Shown piece after piece: positions 25,560 through 32,000 of a stretch of 32,000 nt of DNA. Location of the stretch: positions 600,001 to 632,000 of the forward strand of contig NZ_LT671858.1 of assembly GCF_900083515.1 (NCBI RefSeq). Direction: 5' to 3'. The number at the start of each line of letters is the position of its first letter. Position 1 is the first letter of the stretch. Source of the stretch: Cuniculiplasma divulgatum. GTDB lineage: Archaea > Thermoplasmatota > Thermoplasmata > Thermoplasmatales > Thermoplasmataceae. Below the pieces are notes generated by a model. That model made no database searches. It worked only from the letters and a program-made list of their open reading frames with translations, and was not told where the DNA came from. The translations under genes were made by a program, and so were the position numbers.

Positions 25560-26218
25560 TTGAGGTCAACTTCAACTATACACTTGTTGCCTCCGTCGGA
25601 GAACTTTTCAACCAGGGTAAAATTATTTTCTCCTGATCTTTGAATAATGTCCTTTCCAAGAACGTCGCATATTACCTTTCCATTGTTCTTGGCCATTTCA
25701 TAGAATATACAGTTATGCCTTATGATCCTGACAGTTTCCCCGTCAACTTCCATTTTTGCATAATATCCAAGTTTATTTAGAGCGTTAACAAAACTCTGCA
25801 GTCTTTGAATTTTCTTTTCCCTACCATCAAGAGTACCTTCAGAATTCTTAAAACCAGCTTTTTCCATTAATCTATCTGCAACATGCCCAAGAAGAAGGTT
25901 CAGTTTCATCTCACCGAATTCATTCCTGAATTCATCGAGAAATGTAGCCATGAGTTCTGAATATTTCTTTGGAAATAGTTCCATGCCGGATTGACTGATC
26001 TCATAGTATTTGGAAGGTCTTCCAGTACCTTCTTTCTTGAAGAAGGGCTTTACATAGCCCATCTTTTCAAGTGTATCCATGTGTTCTTTTACAGCAGTTT
26101 TATTCATATCCAGTGTATCTGCAAGATAAGCCATGCTTTTCTCCCCATTCTCAAGAATCATGAGAATACTTGTTTTTACCTTTCCAAGGAGAGGACTTAC
26201 TGCAAGTTCATTTTCCAT
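25547..26218 (-). CDS. Winged-HTH (ArsR/DeoR-like) transcriptional regulator with a C-terminal three-cysteine domain, divergent from suf (SufR-like candidate)
   Basis: The true start is taken as ATG 26218 (MENELAVSPLLGKVKTSILMILENGEKSMAYLADTLDMNKTAVKEHMDTLEKMGYV...GRPSKYYEIS). The longer track ORF would overlap sufC. The only three Cys in the protein are C-x13-C-x28-C in the last 50 residues. Confidence 0.7.
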   Translation of the reverse strand: MENELAVSPLLGKVKTSILMILENGEKSMAYLADTLDMNKTAVKEHMDTLEKMGYVKPFFKKEGTGRPSKYYEISQSGMELFPKKYSELMATFLDEFRNEFGEMKLNLLLGHVADRLMEKAGFKNSEGTLDGREKKIQRLQSFVNALNKLGYYAKMEVDGETVRIIRHNCIFYEMAKNNGKVICDVLGKDIIQRSGENNFTLVEKFSDGGNKCIVEVDLNQID

Positions 26219-26236
26219 ATATAGAGTAGTTAAATT

Positions 26237-26291
26237 ACTTATATTAAGTTTATTGACTTTAAACATAAGTAAGTGTTTAAATAGGTTAAAC
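26237..26291. promoter_or_regulatory. Divergent promoter/operator region between the regulator and sufC: two TATA-like boxes and three short palindromes
   Basis: TTTAAATA (26276..26283) is centred about 24 nt upstream of the sufC ATG. TTAATATA on the minus strand (26247..26240) is centred about 25 nt upstream of the regulator ATG. Both imply leaderless mRNAs. The palindromes are ACTTA-TAT-TAAGT (26237..26249), AAACA-N8-TGTTT (26261..26278) and GTTTAA-N5-TTAAAC (26275..26291). Confidence 0.45.
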
Positions 26292-26303
26292 CAATTTAGT
26301 ATT

Positions 26304-27041
26304 ATGGTTGAGCTGAAAATTAGCAATCTCTCTGCCAGTGTGGAGGGAAAGAAGATCCTGAAAGGGGTTGATATTGATGTTAAGGGAGGAGAAATCCATG
26401 CATTGATGGGACCTAATGGAGCAGGTAAGAGCACATTGGGAAATGTTCTCATAGGCCACCCGAACTATGTTATAGAAGGCGGATCAATTATACTGGACGG
26501 TAAAGATCTTACAGATAAAACACCTGAAGAGAGGGCCAGGGCTGGACTGTTTCTTGCTTTCCAGAGCCCGATCTCTATCCCGGGCGTAAAAATTTCTTCA
26601 TTCCTTCGAACAGCATACAAACAGCTGCATCCTGAAGATAAGGTGACAGTCACAGAATTCTTCAACAGGGTAAAGGAACACCTGAAACTTGTAGGTTTGG
26701 ATGAGTCTTTCATGTCAAGATCCGTTAATGACGGATTTTCTGGAGGAGAAAGAAAGAGATTCGAAATACTGCAGATGGCAATCCTCAAACCAAAGATAGT
26801 GGTACTCGATGAAATAGATTCTGGTCTGGATGTTGATGCACTTAGGCTCGTTGCAGAGGAGATAATAAAATACCACAGCAAAGAGGTTGGTTTCCTGATC
26901 ATAACGCACTATCAGAGAATTTTAAAGAATATTGACCCAGATTTCGTTCACATACTGGTGGATGGAAAGGTTGTCAGGAATGGAGACAAGAACCTTGCCC
27001 TTAAGATAGAGGAAGAAGGTTACGATTGGATAAAGGAGTGA
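26304..27041 (+). CDS. sufC: Fe-S cluster assembly ATPase SufC
   Basis: Walker A GPNGAGKST, ABC signature FSGGERKR, Walker B VVLDEIDSGLD and H-loop ITHY. ATG 26304 gives the canonical N-terminus MVELKISNL. Confidence 0.92.
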   Translation: MVELKISNLSASVEGKKILKGVDIDVKGGEIHALMGPNGAGKSTLGNVLIGHPNYVIEGGSIILDGKDLTDKTPEERARAGLFLAFQSPISIPGVKISSFLRTAYKQLHPEDKVTVTEFFNRVKEHLKLVGLDESFMSRSVNDGFSGGERKRFEILQMAILKPKIVVLDEIDSGLDVDALRLVAEEIIKYHSKEVGFLIITHYQRILKNIDPDFVHILVDGKVVRNGDKNLALKIEEEGYDWIKE

Positions 27042-27046
27042 TAAAG

Positions 27047-28489
27047 ATGGAAGTTGAGTTAACAAAGGAAGAAGAAATAGAAAGATTAGTTGAAAGTTTG
27101 AAAGGTTCCAAGGCTTCAGACTGGGAATTTCATGATAAATTCAGCCCTGTTTATTCCACAGGAAAGGGACTGAATAAGTCTGTAGTAGAGGAGATTTCAG
27201 AGATTAAGAAAGAACCAGACTGGATGAGAAGGATGAGATTGAAAGCGTTAGAAATATTTCAATCGAAGCCCATGCCAACATGGGGACCTGATTTGTCCGG
27301 CATAGACTGGGAAAACACCACATACTATAACAGACCAGATGAGAGAACATCCCAGAACTGGGATGATGTGCCAGATCAGATAAAGGATACATTCCAGAAA
27401 CTGGGAATACCAGAAATGGAGCAAAAATATCTTGCAGGATCAGTTGCACAGTACGAAAGCGAGGGTGTGTATCATTCACTGAAAAAGGTATGGGAAGATA
27501 AGGGAGTTGTTTTCATGGATCTTGATTCGGCTGTAAAGAACCATCCGGACCTTGTAAAGGACTATTTCTGCAAGGCAGTTCCATTCACTGATAATAAGTT
27601 TGCAGCACTTAATGGAGCAGTATGGAGTGGAGGATCATTCCTGTATGTGCCCAAGGGCGTTCATATAGATATGCCTCTGCAGACATACTTCAGAATGAAC
27701 AATGAAAGCACTGGACAATTCGAACACACCATAGTTGTAGGAGATGAAGGTTCCAAGGTTCATTACATCGAAGGATGCACAGCACCCAGATGGGACAAGG
27801 ATTCACTTCACAGCGCAATTGTTGAGATATATGCACAAAAAGATTCAGATGTGAGATATACAAGTGTGCAGAACTGGTCAAAGAGTGTATACAATATGCC
27901 AACAAAGAGAGCCTGGGTAGACGAAAGGGCAAAAATGGAATGGGTCGGAGGATCACTGGGTTCCAAGATAACAATGATATATCCCTCATCCTATCTGAGA
28001 GGACCATACGCATCTACATCAAACCTGAATATTTCACTTGCGGGTGCCGGAACAATAAAGGATACGGGCGCAAAGGCCATACATCTAGCTCCTCACACAA
28101 CATCAAAAATAATTGCAAAGAGCATAAGTATTGAGGACGGAAAGGCAATATACAGAGGGCTCCTCAGAATGAACAAGGGGGCAATTGATTCAAGAAGCAA
28201 GGTACAGTGTGATGCCCTTCTGATAAACGATGATTCTCAGTCACTAACGTTCCCCCACGATGAGATATATGAACCCACTGCAACATTCTCCCACGAGGCA
28301 AGCGTTGGAAAGATAGGAACAGAAGAACTTACATATCTAAGATCAAGAGGACTCTCAGAGGACGAGGCAAGCTCTATGATTGTTCTTGGTTTCCTGGATG
28401 ATGTAATGAAAGAAATTCCAATGGAATTTGCCATTGAAATGAACAGACTGGTAAAACTTGAAATGAACAAACTGGGAGCAGTAGGATGA
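27047..28489 (+). CDS. sufB: Fe-S cluster assembly scaffold SufB
   Basis: Typical SufB length and motifs (GGSFLYVPKGV, HYIEGCTAP, AKMEWVGGSLGS, FPHDEIYE...HEASVGKI). GGAG lies 8 nt upstream of ATG 27047. Confidence 0.92.
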   Translation: MEVELTKEEEIERLVESLKGSKASDWEFHDKFSPVYSTGKGLNKSVVEEISEIKKEPDWMRRMRLKALEIFQSKPMPTWGPDLSGIDWENTTYYNRPDERTSQNWDDVPDQIKDTFQKLGIPEMEQKYLAGSVAQYESEGVYHSLKKVWEDKGVVFMDLDSAVKNHPDLVKDYFCKAVPFTDNKFAALNGAVWSGGSFLYVPKGVHIDMPLQTYFRMNNESTGQFEHTIVVGDEGSKVHYIEGCTAPRWDKDSLHSAIVEIYAQKDSDVRYTSVQNWSKSVYNMPTKRAWVDERAKMEWVGGSLGSKITMIYPSSYLRGPYASTSNLNISLAGAGTIKDTGAKAIHLAPHTTSKIIAKSISIEDGKAIYRGLLRMNKGAIDSRSKVQCDALLINDDSQSLTFPHDEIYEPTATFSHEASVGKIGTEELTYLRSRGLSEDEASSMIVLGFLDDVMKEIPMEFAIEMNRLVKLEMNKLGAVG

Positions 28490-28495
28490 TCTTTC

Positions 28496-29707
28496 ATGGA
28501 ACAGTTTTCTGATCTTTTAAAAACAAGACTAAAAGATCCTGCCTATGATTTCAGACAGGATTCATTCCTGAATTATCTCAAAACACCAAAAAGGTCGTAC
28601 AAGGAAAGTCCCACAGTCAAGGATTATGTGGATATTTCCGAAAAAGACCTTGAAAGAATGGCAACAGGATTATACAAACCTCTTAAGCCAGCCTTAAAGG
28701 GCAGGGAATACGACGTAATGATAGGCAACGGCAGGATTATTTCCAAGAAGGAAGTGTCCGGGGTAAAAATAAGTAATATTACCGATGTATTGAGTGAACT
28801 TCCTTCCGTGGTATGGGAAAAGAAGGGAAAGGAAAGAGAGGAGTTTCTGATAAATGCATCATGGAGTGGAGGCTACTTTGTAAAGATCGATGGCGATAAA
28901 AGTGTTAAGCTCACCATAGATGCATACAACGATGGTATGGATTCAGGTTCTGAGAAGAACATTATATTAATTGGGAAATTCTCAAAGGTAAATCTTGTTG
29001 AATCCAGGTACACCGAAGGTGAAGCATCAGGCAATCCAACACAGGGGAAGGCTACATACATATTCCTCGATGAAGGTGCATCCCTTGAATATAATTATCT
29101 TCAGGACAAGAACACAGCAGTGAATGACATTACATATGTCAGAACATTTCAGGAAAAGTCTTCCAATTTCAAGATATTCCACGTGAATCACGGTTCAGGA
29201 AAATTACTGTTTGTAAATGAATCGACACAGGAAGGGGATGAATCTGATTACAGGGTATTCGGTGCAAGCTTTAGTAATGGACATCAGGCCATTGATGTCA
29301 GAGACAGCAGCTTCCAGATCGGAAAGAGTACCTCTGCTGACATTGAGGTCAGAGGTGTCGTTAAAGGATCAAGTACAACAATTCACAGGGGAAATATAGA
29401 TATTGAATTACCAAGCATTCTTTCAACAGGATTTTACGATTCAAAGATACTTTTGCTTTCAAAGGAAGGATATGCAAACTCTAAACCTGCGTTGATCATC
29501 AGAAACAATAACACCAGATCAAAGCATGGTTCAGCTATCAGCAGTGTGGATAAAGAACAGATACTTTACTTAGAAAGCAGGGGAATAGATGAGAAAACTG
29601 CAACTACTCTCATAACAGGAGGCTTTATAGAATCCATTATAGAAAAATCTAACAACAAAAAATTTGTCGAAACCGTGCAGGAATATTCAAAGGATATAAA
29701 TTTTTAA
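28496..29707 (+). CDS. sufD: Fe-S cluster assembly protein SufD
   Basis: SufB/SufD beta-helix paralogue lacking the SufB N-terminal region. The C-terminal SKHGSAISSVDKEQILYLESRGIDEKTATTLITGGF matches the family tail. AGGATGA lies upstream of the ATG. Confidence 0.85.
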   Translation: MEQFSDLLKTRLKDPAYDFRQDSFLNYLKTPKRSYKESPTVKDYVDISEKDLERMATGLYKPLKPALKGREYDVMIGNGRIISKKEVSGVKISNITDVLSELPSVVWEKKGKEREEFLINASWSGGYFVKIDGDKSVKLTIDAYNDGMDSGSEKNIILIGKFSKVNLVESRYTEGEASGNPTQGKATYIFLDEGASLEYNYLQDKNTAVNDITYVRTFQEKSSNFKIFHVNHGSGKLLFVNESTQEGDESDYRVFGASFSNGHQAIDVRDSSFQIGKSTSADIEVRGVVKGSSTTIHRGNIDIELPSILSTGFYDSKILLLSKEGYANSKPALIIRNNNTRSKHGSAISSVDKEQILYLESRGIDEKTATTLITGGFIESIIEKSNNKKFVETVQEYSKDINF

Positions 29708-29738
29708 AACACATACATTATATATCAAGGCGACTAAT

Positions 29739-31001
29739 TTGATCAATGTAGAAGAAATAAGAAAAGATTTTCCAATTTTCAAAAGATTTGAAAGGGAGAA
29801 CATAGTCTATCTGGACAATGCTGCCACAACCCAGAAGCCAAAATCTGTTATTGATTCCATAGTTGATTTTTATGAGAATCATAATTCTAACGTTCACAGG
29901 GGTGTTTACAGGGTAGGAGAAGAGGCGACAGATCTGTACAACAGGTCAAGAGAGAATGTTGCTAATTTCATAGGGGCATCAGAGAATCAAATAATATTTG
30001 TGAGGAATGCAACGGAGGCACTCAATCTTGCAGCATCGGGTCTTACATCCATGCTAAAGGAAGGGGATGAGGTACTAATTTCAAGAATGGAACACCATTC
30101 AAACATTGTACCATGGCAGATACAGACGGTAGCCAGGAACCTTAATCTGAAATTTATAGATAATGGGGAGAAAGACAGGATTGACTGGAAAATGGTTGAA
30201 GAACATCTGAGCCCAAGAACAAAGGTTGTGTCACTGACCCAGTGTTCAAACATTCTTGGTACAATCAACGATCTAAACGATATGGGAAAACACCTTCACA
30301 ATCTGGGAATAAAGTTTGTTATAGATGGTGCCCAAAGCGTTCCACATATGCCAGTGGACGTGAATAAACTGCAGTGTGATTTATTGGCCTTTTCCGGGCA
30401 TAAGATGCTGGGACCATCTGGCATAGGATGTTTGTATGGAACTGAAGAAATACTTAACGAAATGCCACCTTACATGGGTGGCGGAGAGATGATAAAGGAG
30501 GTATATGAGGATCATTTTATTCCAGCAGATGTGCCAGAAAAGTTCGAGGCAGGCACACCAAATATAGAAGGGGCAATAGGTCTGTCCGCAGCAGTTGATT
30601 ATTTAAAAAAACTGGGAATGGAAAATATTCGAGAACATGAAAGGGATATTATTTCATACGTTCTAAAAAGAGAAGACGAATTGAACATGGATGATCTAAT
30701 AAGCTATGGCCCCAGAGATCCTGATATTAAGGCTGGAATTTTCACATTCAACATCAGAAAGAAGATAGAAAGTGATAAACCATTTGGAAATGAGGTGCAT
30801 CCCCATGACATTTCACATATGGCCGACAGGATCGAAGGAGTAGAACTCAGATCAGGTCATCACTGTGCCATGCCTATGACCGTTGCTCTTGGTGTTTATG
30901 CCACTGCAAGGGCTTCATTCTACATATACAATGACAAAGAGGATGTGGATCACCTGTTTGATTCCATAGAAAAAATAGAAAAGAGGATGATTGTAAGATG
31001 A
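29739..31001 (+). CDS. sufS: Group II cysteine desulfurase SufS (PLP-dependent)
   Basis: IRKDFPIF start region, HSNIVPW, PLP-Lys context FSGHKMLGPSGIG and catalytic Cys loop RSGHHCAMP. TTG start. The 3' end overlaps the sufU ATG (ATGA). Confidence 0.9.
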   Translation: MINVEEIRKDFPIFKRFERENIVYLDNAATTQKPKSVIDSIVDFYENHNSNVHRGVYRVGEEATDLYNRSRENVANFIGASENQIIFVRNATEALNLAASGLTSMLKEGDEVLISRMEHHSNIVPWQIQTVARNLNLKFIDNGEKDRIDWKMVEEHLSPRTKVVSLTQCSNILGTINDLNDMGKHLHNLGIKFVIDGAQSVPHMPVDVNKLQCDLLAFSGHKMLGPSGIGCLYGTEEILNEMPPYMGGGEMIKEVYEDHFIPADVPEKFEAGTPNIEGAIGLSAAVDYLKKLGMENIREHERDIISYVLKREDELNMDDLISYGPRDPDIKAGIFTFNIRKKIESDKPFGNEVHPHDISHMADRIEGVELRSGHHCAMPMTVALGVYATARASFYIYNDKEDVDHLFDSIEKIEKRMIVR

Positions 31002-31387
31002 GTGATGATATAGTATACAGCGCAATAATAGATGAGCATTATCAGGAACCAAGGAACTTTGGTAAGATAGAAAATCCAGATGAACAGATAATGGAAACAA
31101 ATCCAACATGTGGTGATACCATAGCCATGTATGTAAAGATTGGGGAAGGAAAGATAAAGGATATTAAATATGTTGCAAAGGGTTGCCTTATTAGTGTAGC
31201 TTCTGCATCAATTCTATCAGAAAATGTTGAGGGAAAAAGCATTGAAACTGTTATGGACATGAAAAAAACCGACGTCCTTGGAAATCTTGGGCTAACACTT
31301 GGACCTGCAAGAGAGAAGTGTGCCCTTCTGTCCTATGATGCTCTGATTAAAATGATAAAAGATTATAAGAGTAAAAATTCTCAGTAA
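30998..31387 (+). CDS. sufU: SufU-type (zinc-dependent) sulfur-transfer/scaffold protein, NifU-N family
   Basis: Ligand pattern NPTCGD, KGCLISVAS, REKCALL. A Lys rather than His precedes the last Cys and there is no LPPVK motif. That favours SufU over IscU. Confidence 0.85.
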   Translation: MSDDIVYSAIIDEHYQEPRNFGKIENPDEQIMETNPTCGDTIAMYVKIGEGKIKDIKYVAKGCLISVASASILSENVEGKSIETVMDMKKTDVLGNLGLTLGPAREKCALLSYDALIKMIKDYKSKNSQ

Positions 31388-32000
31388 GAACTGTTCTCAA
31401 CAACAGATCTTCCATCAACTTTACTCACATGCAGTGAAATATCTGCAGCGGTTTCAAGTTCTGTGTGATGAGTTATTATGACAATCTGAGGAAATATTCC
31501 CTCATCGCTCAGATCCTTCATGGCGTATTGAAGTATTTCGCGCAGGTCATTACGCCTCTCTTCATCGAGGTAAATTGTTGGTTCATCCATCATGATGGTG
31601 CTTATATTCCTTCCAAGATATTTGGCTATGGCCAGTCTCATTGCAATGGAAACAGCAGTCTTTTCACCACCACTTAGCTGAGTGATATTTTTTACCTCAC
31701 CATACTGCATTATATCAACATCCAGATCATCTGATATCCTGATATCTTCCATGTTGAGGTTGAATCTTGAGATTAGGTTCCTTGTTATGGAGTTAATTGA
31801 CTCCAGTGCCATCTGTCTTATGAGCTGTGGTATTCCGTCTCTGTTGAATGCTTTCCTTACAAGAACTAGAAAATCATGAAGTTTCTTTGTCCTTTCTATC
31901 TCTTCAAGATCTCCCTTAAACTTTTCAATATTCTTTTCAAGATCCTGAATGGATGTATTCAGTGATGATTTTTGACCGGTAAGATTTACTCTCCTTTCCA
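31381..32000 (-). CDS. rad50: Rad50 DNA double-strand-break repair ATPase, C-terminal part (5' end outside the window)
   Basis: The frame is open from the window edge (coiled-coil text ...NTSIQDLEKNIEKFKGDLEEIERTKKLHDFLVLVRKAFNRDGIPQLI...). It continues through the signature LSGGEKTAVSIAMRLAIA, Walker B/D-loop IMMDEPTIYLDEERR and H-loop IITHH. The ORF track shows only the part from the internal Met at 31812. Confidence 0.85.
   Translation of the reverse strand, partial: ERRVNLTGQKSSLNTSIQDLEKNIEKFKGDLEEIERTKKLHDFLVLVRKAFNRDGIPQLIRQMALESINSITRNLISRFNLNMEDIRISDDLDVDIMQYGEVKNITQLSGGEKTAVSIAMRLAIAKYLGRNISTIMMDEPTIYLDEERRNDLREILQYAMKDLSDEGIFPQIVIITHHTELETAADISLHVSKVDGRSVVENSSY

Noticed and set aside
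26133-26303. Long N-terminal extensions of sufC (track start 26133) and of the divergent regulator (track start 26452), which would make the two genes overlap by 320 nt
   Set aside because: The extensions are motif-free and mutually antisense. Internal ATGs at 26304 and 26218 give canonical N-termini, each with a TATA-like box about 25 nt upstream.

Overview
Archaeal chromosomal window. Markers are Alba, an NMD3 homologue, Rad50, an NFACT/Rqc2 homologue, bifunctional PGI/PMI, a GalE-like threonine dehydrogenase and a tRNA-Leu with no encoded CCA. Low GC and gene content look Thermoplasmata-like, but that is inference only. I support about 36 genes, 1 tRNA, no rRNA and no CRISPR.

The left 3.4 kb is an accessory, decaying zone. 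It holds a partial IS3-family element at the window edge and a three-repeat surface-protein gene broken by one in-frame TAA. It also holds a fossil IS5-like element with 31-bp terminal inverted repeats and a heavily decayed transposase, plus an orphan RHH-like mini-ORF next to the IS end.

Next comes a transport and catabolism block: two tandem APC permease paralogues, an MFS remnant, an uncharacterised 313-aa protein divergent from an acetamidase/formamidase, a third APC permease and an ALDH7-type aldehyde dehydrogenase.

Housekeeping genes follow: polyprenyl synthase, an ArsA/Get3-family ATPase with an HSP20-like tail, a 66-aa ORF, Alba, Lrp, tRNA-Leu(UAA), acyl-CoA dehydrogenase, NMD3, arginine deiminase, PGI/PMI, NFACT and threonine dehydrogenase. 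The window ends with a complete sufCBDSU operon, preceded by a divergent three-cysteine wHTH regulator and abutting the 3' end of rad50.

I see no hallmark of a known defence or mobile system beyond the IS elements. The best candidates for undescribed biology are:
- the 313-aa protein and amidase pair with a 12-bp inverted repeat in the shared promoter;
- the tightly coupled idsA / arsA(HSP20) / orf66 operon;
- the ACAD / NMD3 / arginine deiminase overlap operon;
- the SufR-like regulator and its operator-like palindromes;
- an unlisted 32-aa hydrophobic micro-ORF directly upstream of pgi/pmi.

All functional calls come from motif recognition by eye. No searches were run.
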